IMG/VR virus record: IMGVR_UViG_3300032332_000069
Location: 1-24,088 of that record
Direction: 5' to 3' (one strand)
DNA length: 24,088 nucleotides
Origin: a virus
Taxonomy: Duplodnaviria; Caudoviricetes
The notes below the pieces were generated by a model. That model was not told the DNA's origin and made no database searches. It saw only the letters and a list, made by a program, of their open reading frames with translations. Of the stretch, positions 15,265 to 23,830 are shown one piece after another; within the stretch, counting starts at the first letter, position 1, and every line of letters starts with the position of its first letter. A program made the position numbers and the translations under genes.

Positions 15265-15705
15265 ATGGCAGAAACTAAAGTATCAGGTAGAGATTACCTA
15301 TTATTCGCAGACATAGACGGCGATTCAACATTTAAGCCGGTAGCTTGTCTAACTTCAAACTCAATTACTTCTTCATTGAACGTAATTGACGCAACTTCTA
15401 AATGTGGAGACCAATTCCAACCAGGCCCAGCTTACACTCAGTCAATCAAGGCTGATGGTTTTGCAATCGACCAAACAGGAACTCCTTCTAAAGACAGTTA
15501 CAATCAATTGTATTCAGCATTTGTTGCCGGTACTGTATTCGCAATTAAAATGGGCGAAGCTACACCAGTTGCAGGTAACGTTACTTATTCAGGTGATGTT
15601 TTCATTTCAGCATTTGACGTGAACGCAGCTGACAAAGAAGATGTTAAATTTAGTGCGACTTTTACAGTAGCAGTTCCACCGTTAACACAAACAGTAACAG
15701 CTTAA
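15265..15705 (+). CDS. Major tail (tube) protein
   Basis: VACLTSNS...IDATSKCG and YSGDVFISAFDVNA...FSATF; canonical position; biased codons. Confidence 0.85.
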   Translation: MAETKVSGRDYLLFADIDGDSTFKPVACLTSNSITSSLNVIDATSKCGDQFQPGPAYTQSIKADGFAIDQTGTPSKDSYNQLYSAFVAGTVFAIKMGEATPVAGNVTYSGDVFISAFDVNAADKEDVKFSATFTVAVPPLTQTVTA

Positions 15706-15723
15706 TAAAAAACAACAACAACT

Positions 15724-16095
15724 ATGTTCGAACTAAAACTAAACAACAAAACAATCCCTCTAAAGTGGGGTACTTGGGCAATGCGTGAATTTTGCGTAGC
15801 AAATAATATCGGTATAGATAAGTATTTTGAACTATTAGGGAAAACGCAATTTGATTTAGACCTTGTTGTAAAGATGATTTACATAGGGTACAAATCGGCT
15901 TGCGTTAGTAACAAACAAGACGTAGAATATACTGAAAATGATGTTTGTGATTGGATGGACGAAATAGGTGGACTTTTTAATACTGAAGGGCAATTCATTG
16001 AGTTCGTTAAGTATATCATATCGACTACTGTAACGACTGTTCAGGGGACTGTCAAAGAAGAAAAAAAAAAGCCTAATAAAACTAAATTGGGATGA
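15724..16095 (+). CDS. Tail assembly chaperone (gpG-like)
   Basis: Between tail tube and tape measure; A10 tract at 16061-16070 near the 3' end. Confidence 0.8.
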   Translation: MFELKLNNKTIPLKWGTWAMREFCVANNIGIDKYFELLGKTQFDLDLVVKMIYIGYKSACVSNKQDVEYTENDVCDWMDEIGGLFNTEGQFIEFVKYIISTTVTTVQGTVKEEKKKPNKTKLG

Positions 16096-16390
16096 TATTT
16101 TAGTTAAAGCCGCTGAATGCGATATAAGACCCAATGAGTTTTGGGAAATGACTTGGAAGGACTTTTCTATTATTGTAATGGGAAAGGAAAAGAAAGAGTT
16201 AAATGAATGGGCGAGGACTAGAAACCTCGCCTATATTATATACCTAAGTAACACGGCGGAGAAATCCCCTAAATCACTTAGAGCATTTTGGCACATTCCG
16301 TCAATCGATGACGTAGAGATAGAGGAAGAAAAAACAATGTTAACTGATGAACAACTTGCAAGGACTTTAAAATTGTATGGAGTAAACTAA
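16061..16390 (+). CDS. Tail assembly chaperone extension (gpT-like), probably reached by frameshift at A10
   Basis: Frame is open from the A10 tract: SLIKLNWDDILVKAAECDIRPNEFWEMTWKDF... The P.EFW.MT motif begins upstream of the first ATG (16148). Confidence 0.7.
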   Translation, partial: KKKSLIKLNWDDILVKAAECDIRPNEFWEMTWKDFSIIVMGKEKKELNEWARTRNLAYIIYLSNTAEKSPKSLRAFWHIPSIDDVEIEEEKTMLTDEQLARTLKLYGVN

Positions 16391-16396
16391 TAAAAA

Positions 16397-18406
16397 ATGG
16401 CTACGGAAAATTTAGAGATTATTATAGGTGCAAATACGCAAGATTTACAAACCGGCTTAAATCAGGCTTCGCAATCAGTAACCAATTTTGGAAATGCAGT
16501 TAGGGCAAATACAAGGCCAACGGCTGACGCAACAAATGCTTTAGGAAACTTATCAAGAGTTGCTCAGGATGCTCCTTACGGCTTTATGGGTATTGCGAAT
16601 AACTTAAACCCATTATTAGAAAGCTTTCAACGATTAAGCAAAGAAAGTGGTGGTGCAGGTTCAGCATTAAAAGCATTAGTAGGTGGCTTAACTGGGCCTG
16701 CCGGTATTGGTTTAGCTTTGGGTGCCGTATCTTCTTTAGTAGTGGCATTCGGAGATGATATTGCAGGTTGGATAGCAAATACTACTGAATTAGAAAAGGC
16801 ACAAAGACAATTAAGAGCTTCTATAAATGATAGTTTAAAAGGAGTTGAAGCAACGATTGCAAATGACCAAGCTTTAGTTGGTGTTATTAATGATGTTACA
16901 CAATCAACGCAAGCTAGAGAGGCAGCTTTAAAACAATTAAAAGAAGCACATAAAGGTAATGTAGAACTTCAAAAGACTGATATTAATGACGGAGAAAAAT
17001 TAGTTGGAGTTATTGATAGATTATCACAAGCATTAATAAGAAAAGCACAAATTGAAGGAACTGCTAAAATAATAGGGGAAAAATATGCAGAATTAATAAG
17101 ATTACAAACTGCTGATTTAGAAGAGCAAATAGGGGATTTATCAACTGGAAGTAAAATTTATGATTTTTTTGCAGGCTCATTAAAAGGTTTGACAAATAAT
17201 TTAGGTGGTGCAAATACTGCAATTTCATTAAGTACTGACGCTTTAGATAAAAATGAAAAACAAGTATCTAAAACCCAAAAAGTAATTAAATCTTTACAAG
17301 ATAGTTTAAATGAATTAACAAAAGCTTCTTTTGCTGCCGGAGATTACAATGTAACAGGAACAAGCGCTCCAAAAGCAGACAAAAATAAAAAAGAAGATGT
17401 TGATACTTCAGTATTACAAACATTAAAGAAAACACAACAACTATATAAAGATGACGCATATTTATATAAGGAGTATGCTGATAAAATTGTTAACGAAGAA
17501 TTAAGAATAGCATTAGAGAAAGCAAAAATAAATAAAGCAAGTAAGGAAGAGATTGCGCAAATTAACGAACAGGCAAATATTGGCTTAATACAAAATCAAA
17601 TTAATTTAGGTAATTCATTAACTAAATTATTCCAAGCTGCAGATAAGGAATGGTTAAATGAACAACTAAAATCTACTAAAGATAGAATATCAGCTATTCA
17701 AGACCAAATGGATATTGAAGAGAAAATGGCTGATAAGGATTTTGAGAAGAAAAAAGAAGCCGTAAGAAAGGCAATGCTCGAAATCAAAAATTTAATTGAC
17801 ACAAGCTCAAATCCTAAAGTAATTGAATTACTTGGGGACGCTTACGATAAATTAGGTAAAAAATTAAAGTTACTTAATATAGATGAGCAACAAAAGAATG
17901 CAGAATTATTACAAAAGAGATATGAAGATTTTGCGCAAACAATAGCAAATGATGTAACAGGTGCTTTATTTACAATGTATGACGCTATTCAACAAGGCGA
18001 GCCACCGTTAAAAGCATTAGGAGATTATGTAGCTAATTTAGCTAAACAATTTGCAGCTGCAGTTATTCAAGCTACAATATTTAAAGGCTTAATGTCTTTA
18101 TTGAATGTTGCTACTGGTGGTGGTTCAGGTTTCTTTGGTAGCATTTTAGGTGGAGTAAGTAAATTATTAGGTTTTGCAGAAGGTGGAATAGTTTCTCAAC
18201 CTACAATCGCAATGGTTGGAGAGGGTGGACAAAGCGAAGCAATAATGCCATTAAACAAATTAGGCAATATGATGAATAGTACATTTAATGCAGGCGCAAT
18301 GAGTGGTGGTGGTGCAGGAAACGGTCAATTTGTACTAAAAGGCAATGATTTAGTTTTAGCTTTGCAGAGAAGCAATTATTCACTTAATTTAAGACGTGGA
18401 GCATAA
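16397..18406 (+). CDS. Tape measure protein, 669 aa
   Basis: Long helical/coiled-coil protein; QDAPYG..GIANN and C-terminal FAEGGIV...VGEGG.SEAIMPL; follows the chaperones. Confidence 0.9.
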   Translation: MATENLEIIIGANTQDLQTGLNQASQSVTNFGNAVRANTRPTADATNALGNLSRVAQDAPYGFMGIANNLNPLLESFQRLSKESGGAGSALKALVGGLTGPAGIGLALGAVSSLVVAFGDDIAGWIANTTELEKAQRQLRASINDSLKGVEATIANDQALVGVINDVTQSTQAREAALKQLKEAHKGNVELQKTDINDGEKLVGVIDRLSQALIRKAQIEGTAKIIGEKYAELIRLQTADLEEQIGDLSTGSKIYDFFAGSLKGLTNNLGGANTAISLSTDALDKNEKQVSKTQKVIKSLQDSLNELTKASFAAGDYNVTGTSAPKADKNKKEDVDTSVLQTLKKTQQLYKDDAYLYKEYADKIVNEELRIALEKAKINKASKEEIAQINEQANIGLIQNQINLGNSLTKLFQAADKEWLNEQLKSTKDRISAIQDQMDIEEKMADKDFEKKKEAVRKAMLEIKNLIDTSSNPKVIELLGDAYDKLGKKLKLLNIDEQQKNAELLQKRYEDFAQTIANDVTGALFTMYDAIQQGEPPLKALGDYVANLAKQFAAAVIQATIFKGLMSLLNVATGGGSGFFGSILGGVSKLLGFAEGGIVSQPTIAMVGEGGQSEAIMPLNKLGNMMNSTFNAGAMSGGGAGNGQFVLKGNDLVLALQRSNYSLNLRRGA

Positions 18407-20325
18407 TGGCATACCAAAACAAATACAAAGCAACGTTTGCGACTAAAAGTGGTAAAACGGTATATTTATATTTATTAGAGGATGGATATACAGGCGATTT
18501 AATAGAATATCAAGGGGTGCATATTGATTTACAATATTTGCCTACTTCGGATGACCCATTTGAGCCTATTTATGCAAGTCAACTAAATATTATTTTAGAT
18601 ATAACTGATGATATTAATGATATGCCTAATTTGGTTACTTTAAATGACCGAAAATATAACGCACAATTATTTATAGATAGCGATTTAGAATGGCAAGGAT
18701 GGACTTTAAGTGATAGCGTATCAATTAACTATTCAACAGGTAGAAGAGAATTAAGTTTCAATGCAGTTGACGGATTGGCTTTATTAAAAGATATTCCATT
18801 GCCTATTCCTACAAGTCAAAATATAAACACAATAAATAAACTATTGTATTATATAACTACTTCTTTAAACTTAATAGCATTTCCTAGTAACCCAAACTTA
18901 AAAACAGTTTGTTCTTATTATGCACTAGGTATGGAAGATAGAGATGATGACCCAGCTGCAGAGCCGTTTAATCAAACCTATTTACCTTATAGAACTTTTA
19001 TAAAAGATGATGAGTACATATCTTGTTTTGATGTAGTAAATAATATTATTAAGTCTTTTGGTTGCAGATTGTTTCAAGCCGGCGGAAAATGGTGGATTGT
19101 TTCAGTAAATGAATTTGCAAATATAAACGCTTATTATACTGAATATAATTCAGCTATGACGGTAGTAAATAGTGGCACAATAAATACATTAAGTACTATC
19201 GAAGGTTACACAGGAAATACAAGCCAATTATATTTTATTGATAATAGTCAAATAAAACTATTAAGGAAAGGTTATAATAGAGTAGAACAAACGGTGGATG
19301 TTCAAAGCGCAGAGAATTATGTAAGCAATGGCACTTTTAAACCTTATGTAGGCAATGAAGCAGTCAATTGGGATATTGGATACGTTTCCCCTGCAACAGT
19401 AACTTTAATTGATAACCCTGATTATAATTCTGCAACATATAGATTAGTAAGGCCGGGCAGTTCAGGTACGGCTTATGTTGAGATACAAAAAGCAAGTGGT
19501 GGAAATCCGGCTTCAGGCCCTTATATATCAGGTGGAGTTGTTTTAGATATATCTTGGATATTTAGAGGACAAGATTTAGGCACTTCTCCTAGAGCAGTAG
19601 TTTATTTACATATTACGGATGGCGTTAATGATTATTATTGGAATGGTACTGCTTGGGTAAATGGAACAATATCTTATATAAATATTCCGGCTTATACTGG
19701 AGCAAGTGGAGATGATGTAAACGAATATAATTTTAAGACTGCAATAACCCCAATAGCAGGGCAATTATTCTTTAAGATACAAATAGATGCAGGAACAGGA
19801 AACTTTATTGCTATTAGTGATGTTAAAATAGAAACAGTATCGCAAATTTCACAAATCAATTACTTTGGGTATATTAATAATAATAAGCAATATATAAAGC
19901 GAATTGACATTCCGTATGGCTTTGATAGCCCTAATGGTGTTTATCCAACTGAATTAGGTGTTTTAATGAAAGCTGATGGAACGGCTGCAGTATCTTGGTA
20001 CGAGCAAGATGACGCAACAACTTATTCAAGTTTGCTTTTATTGTTAATTCAAAAGTATATGAATATATACGGATTTAACTTAATCAATATAGACTGTAAT
20101 TTATCTAGCTTTGATACTGCAAATGGATATTTAGACGGTGCTAAATTGTTTAAAGCTGATGATACTGACCCAGCGCAAATAAACGTAAGTGAAAATTCAT
20201 ATATGCTAGGCAATAGCACAATTAACTATACAAGTGATGAAAGTCAGGCAACGCTTATACAAATATCAAATGAATTGGTAGAAGCTACGATTGGCAAGAC
20301 TTATATTTACAACACAATTATTTAA
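18406..20325 (+). CDS. Tail tip / baseplate hub-like structural protein, 639 aa
   Basis: Directly after the tape measure gene; beta-rich; WQG...AVDGLALLKDI and IIKSFGCRLFQ..GKWWI motifs. Confidence 0.7.
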   Translation: MAYQNKYKATFATKSGKTVYLYLLEDGYTGDLIEYQGVHIDLQYLPTSDDPFEPIYASQLNIILDITDDINDMPNLVTLNDRKYNAQLFIDSDLEWQGWTLSDSVSINYSTGRRELSFNAVDGLALLKDIPLPIPTSQNINTINKLLYYITTSLNLIAFPSNPNLKTVCSYYALGMEDRDDDPAAEPFNQTYLPYRTFIKDDEYISCFDVVNNIIKSFGCRLFQAGGKWWIVSVNEFANINAYYTEYNSAMTVVNSGTINTLSTIEGYTGNTSQLYFIDNSQIKLLRKGYNRVEQTVDVQSAENYVSNGTFKPYVGNEAVNWDIGYVSPATVTLIDNPDYNSATYRLVRPGSSGTAYVEIQKASGGNPASGPYISGGVVLDISWIFRGQDLGTSPRAVVYLHITDGVNDYYWNGTAWVNGTISYINIPAYTGASGDDVNEYNFKTAITPIAGQLFFKIQIDAGTGNFIAISDVKIETVSQISQINYFGYINNNKQYIKRIDIPYGFDSPNGVYPTELGVLMKADGTAAVSWYEQDDATTYSSLLLLLIQKYMNIYGFNLINIDCNLSSFDTANGYLDGAKLFKADDTDPAQINVSENSYMLGNSTINYTSDESQATLIQISNELVEATIGKTYIYNTII

Positions 20326-20326
20326 G

Positions 20327-20334
20327 TAAATTTG
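20327..20334 (+). promoter_or_regulatory. -7 element TAAATTTG upstream of the second tail-tube-like gene
   Basis: TAAATTTGCA, 4 nt before ATG 20339. Confidence 0.6.
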
Positions 20335-20338
20335 CAAT

Positions 20339-21043
20339 ATGGCAGACAAAGTACAGGGAAAAAATATAATGCTTTATTATCACGAAGCGCCTTCGGAAAC
20401 TTATCCTGATGGTAGGGACATACCTTTTGCGTGTTCAACTAATTGCACGTTTAATGTAAGTATAGACCAAAAAGAAGTTACTTCGCAAACTTCGGCCTGG
20501 TATAGAGAATATAAAATAGACATAGCAAGTTGGACTGTGAACTGTGATGGTTTAGTTACTTTAAACGGTTACGGTTATTTAAACTTTTTAACTATCCAAC
20601 AAGATAGAACTCCAATAAGTATAAAGTTTGTAATTGATAACGGAGCGGACGGTTTAGTGGTAATTAGTGGAACGTGTAATTTAAGCAACTTTCAAATGAA
20701 CGCACCATTTAAGGACATAGCGACTTATTCAGTTAGCTTACAAGGTACAGGCGCTTACGGTACAACAGGAACTTCAGTAAATCCAAGTGGAACGGTAATT
20801 GTAGCCGGTGGAGCAGTTTATTCAAAAGGTTATACGGCTTCAGGAGCAGAAACTACTATAACGTGGTCGGATATGATTGGTAAGACTTGTTTATACGTTT
20901 CTAGGGGTGGTATTGATGTACAAAATATTATAGGAACAGGAACACCAGTTGACGAAGAAGTTAAATGGGTATCAGCGACAGGAATTTTAACGTTTAGTAG
21001 AGCGTTAGAAAGTGGGGAGTATGTAAGGGCATTATTTCAATAG
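20339..21043 (+). CDS. Second tail-tube-like protein (TP901-1 MTP-like fold) with C-terminal extension
   Basis: FACSTNCTF...KEVTS...WYREY...SWTVNCDGL...ISG...NAPFKDIATYSVSLQGTG is a tail tube pattern; about 90 extra C-terminal residues. Confidence 0.7.
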   Translation: MADKVQGKNIMLYYHEAPSETYPDGRDIPFACSTNCTFNVSIDQKEVTSQTSAWYREYKIDIASWTVNCDGLVTLNGYGYLNFLTIQQDRTPISIKFVIDNGADGLVVISGTCNLSNFQMNAPFKDIATYSVSLQGTGAYGTTGTSVNPSGTVIVAGGAVYSKGYTASGAETTITWSDMIGKTCLYVSRGGIDVQNIIGTGTPVDEEVKWVSATGILTFSRALESGEYVRALFQ

Positions 21044-21057
21044 AAAAAATTAGATAA

Positions 21058-23769
21058 ATGAGCAATCAATTAGTTATAACGAGTGGTGCGAAAGTTAGAA
21101 GTTTAGAAGGTGTAATTACAGGAACAACAGGTGTTCTTAATTCATTGCCTATTAACGCTGCAAATGGTATTCCACAATTAGATGTAAACGGTAAAATATT
21201 AGTATCTCAGTTACCAAATTCAGTAATGGAATATAAGGGGACTTGGAATGCAAATACAAACACTCCAACTTTAGTAAACGGTACAGGAAATCAAGGGGAT
21301 GTTTATTTATGTAACGTAGCCGGAACGACTAACTTCGGAGCGGGTCCGATTGCTTTTGTAGTGGGCGACCAGGTTATTTACTCAGGTAGTATTTGGCAAA
21401 GGGCAAGTGGATCGACAGGAACGGTTACAAGTGTTGCGGTTACTGAAAGTGGAGACGCTTTAACAATTACAGGCTCACCGATAACAACAAGTGGAACAAT
21501 TAATATAGGCTTTGCCGGAACTTCTGCTCAATATGTAGCGGGGAACGGTTCGTTAATTACTTTCCCTTCATTAACAGGTTACGTGCCATATACAGGTGCA
21601 ACGGCTGATGTTAATTTAGGAGCATTTGATTTATATACTTCTAAGGTATGGTTATACGACAATCCTAATAGTGCTTACGGTTCAATGGAATTAACTGACG
21701 GAGTTTTACATTTTGAGGACGCTGACGGTCATTCTATGGTTACAATGGAAGATGGATATTTAACGATTGCTAACGCTTCAACTATAAGAGCATTATTAAA
21801 CGTATCGGCTTTAACTGCAAATAGAGATTACGCTTTCCCTAACGCTTCGGGTACTTTGGCTTTAACAAGCGATTTAAGCGGATATGTGCCAACTTCACGA
21901 ACAGTAAGTACAACTAGCCCTTTAAGTGGTGGGGGTGCTTTAAGTAGCAATTTAACGTTATCTATAAGCCAAGCGACTACTTCTACTAATGGTTATTTAA
22001 GTTCAACTGATTGGACAACGTTTAACGGTAAACAAGCACAATTAAACGGAACAGGATTTGTTAAGGCTTCAGGTACTACAATCACTTATGATAATTCAAC
22101 TTATTTAACTACGAGTGCGGCTGCTTCAACTTACGTTCCTTATACAGGTGCTACAACTGATGTACTTTTAGGCAGTTGGGCATTATTTTCTGCAGGGGTT
22201 CAAGTTACTAATGGTGGAACAGGTGTTATAAGTACTGACGGATGGTTAAGTGCAAGTAAGGGTATATTTTTAACTGATACTGTTAGTGGCGGGAATTGGT
22301 CAACAGGAATAACAAATATAACTGCAAGAACTTCAGGACTTTTAATTACTCACAATTTAGGTGGTGGAATATTAAATTTTAATACTTCAACTACTTATAC
22401 TTATAATTTTCCTGCTGCTGATGGCACTTTAGCTTTAACTAGCAATTTATCTTCTTATTTGCCTTTAAGTGGTGGAACTTTAACAGGTGCTTTAAATGGT
22501 ACAAGTGCAGTATTCACTAGTAGTGTAACGGCAACGCAAGGTAACTTTTTTCAAACTGCTTCAAGTGGATTTGCAATAACTTTAAGAAATAGAAATGCAA
22601 ATCAAACTTGGGCGCAAGTTGTAGATGTTAATTCAGTAGATGATAAATATTTTGGTTTATATGATGTAACTAATTCTGCTTATAGAATGGTTGTTACTAA
22701 TGGAGGCAATGTAGGTATAGGAACAACAAGTCCAAGTTATGCTTTAGATGTTAATGGTACAGGAAGATTTACAGGAGCATTGACAGGAGCTGCTGCTACT
22801 TTTAGTGGTAGTGTTACGGCAGGTGCTGGTGCGAATGTTACGGGTTATACAATTTCAAGTGGTGCTAACTATTTGGAAATGGGAACTACAAGCACATCAT
22901 ATGCTATTAACGCACTTAATAGGTCAAGTGGTGTTTATAATTATCCACTTTATATAGATGCACAAAAGTTAATATTAAATAATGGAAGTGGAGGTAATGT
23001 AGGTATAGGAACAAGTTCGCCAACCGAAACATTTACTTTAGCAGGTTCAGCTAGAATAACAGGACAAGCAACTGATTTTAGTGCAGGTACTAGAGGTGTA
23101 AATATTGATGTAATATCTAGCAGTGGCAATGGTAGAATATATATGGTTAACGGAACAGGTACGGCAGGGGATTTACTTTTAGGAACTGCTAATACCGAAA
23201 GAATGCGTATTACAAGTGGTGGTTCATTATTAATAAATACTACCACTGATAATAGTGTTGGTAAATTAGAGGTTAATGGTGCTATATATTCAAAAGGGAG
23301 TAATTCAGTTTTGTATTTTCAAAGTCAAAATTCTTCATCAATATCAGCTTGGTATTCTGCATCAACTCAAACAAGATTATATAATAATGGTTATGGTGTA
23401 ATAGGTTATTTTAATGAAACAAATGGTGTTTATGTTCCATCTTCAGATATTAATAGAAAAAAAGATTTTGAATATTCTAAAATTGGATTAAACGAAGTGT
23501 TGCAATTAAAACCCAAATTGTTTAGAATGAAATTTGAAGATGAAAATGCTCCTAAAACTTTAGGATTTATTGCTCAAGAAGTTAAAGATTTAATTCCACA
23601 AGCATATTCAGAAACAGGAGAGGGAGATGATAAATTTATAGGTTTATCAGATAGACCAATTATAGCAGCTTTAGTAAAAGCAGTTCAAGAAATAGTTGAC
23701 AAATATGATAATAAAATATCAATACTTGAGGCACAAATAGAAGAATTAAAAGCAAAAAATAATGGATAG
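21058..23769 (+). CDS. Tail fibre / receptor-binding protein with C-terminal intramolecular chaperone (peptidase S74)
   Basis: G/T/S-rich repeats (YVPYTGAT x2, GTLALTS x2, GNVGIGT x2); SSDINRKK cleavage motif, GFIAQEV, and LVKAVQE coiled coil. Confidence 0.9.
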   Translation: MSNQLVITSGAKVRSLEGVITGTTGVLNSLPINAANGIPQLDVNGKILVSQLPNSVMEYKGTWNANTNTPTLVNGTGNQGDVYLCNVAGTTNFGAGPIAFVVGDQVIYSGSIWQRASGSTGTVTSVAVTESGDALTITGSPITTSGTINIGFAGTSAQYVAGNGSLITFPSLTGYVPYTGATADVNLGAFDLYTSKVWLYDNPNSAYGSMELTDGVLHFEDADGHSMVTMEDGYLTIANASTIRALLNVSALTANRDYAFPNASGTLALTSDLSGYVPTSRTVSTTSPLSGGGALSSNLTLSISQATTSTNGYLSSTDWTTFNGKQAQLNGTGFVKASGTTITYDNSTYLTTSAAASTYVPYTGATTDVLLGSWALFSAGVQVTNGGTGVISTDGWLSASKGIFLTDTVSGGNWSTGITNITARTSGLLITHNLGGGILNFNTSTTYTYNFPAADGTLALTSNLSSYLPLSGGTLTGALNGTSAVFTSSVTATQGNFFQTASSGFAITLRNRNANQTWAQVVDVNSVDDKYFGLYDVTNSAYRMVVTNGGNVGIGTTSPSYALDVNGTGRFTGALTGAAATFSGSVTAGAGANVTGYTISSGANYLEMGTTSTSYAINALNRSSGVYNYPLYIDAQKLILNNGSGGNVGIGTSSPTETFTLAGSARITGQATDFSAGTRGVNIDVISSSGNGRIYMVNGTGTAGDLLLGTANTERMRITSGGSLLINTTTDNSVGKLEVNGAIYSKGSNSVLYFQSQNSSSISAWYSASTQTRLYNNGYGVIGYFNETNGVYVPSSDINRKKDFEYSKIGLNEVLQLKPKLFRMKFEDENAPKTLGFIAQEVKDLIPQAYSETGEGDDKFIGLSDRPIIAALVKAVQEIVDKYDNKISILEAQIEELKAKNNG

Positions 23770-23830
23770 ATTACTTATAGATTTAACAACGCATAATGGT
23801 AATCTAATAGGAAATTTAAAACAAAATAAT

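Noticed and set aside
15386-15622. Alternative-frame 78-aa ORF inside the tail tube gene
   Set aside because: Off-frame by-product of biased codons; no slippery site or start context seen.
110-23246. Minus-strand ORFs in the track (110-376, 1853-2038, 2157-2345, 3239-3433, 5854-6201, 5883-6083, 6764-7138, 10181-10381, 11172-11513, 11855-12163, 14984-15181, 15856-16134, 16584-16778, 22950-23246)
   Set aside because: All are antisense shadows of well-supported + strand genes and show no recognisable motifs.
21058-23769. Diversity-generating retroelement target or invertible fibre cassette
   Set aside because: No reverse transcriptase, invertase, adenine-specific TR/VR pair or inverted repeats seen in the window.
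5092-23769. Stop-codon reassignment (TAG or TGA)
   Set aside because: Core genes are full length in code 11, and TAA, TAG and TGA all end genes at sensible boundaries.
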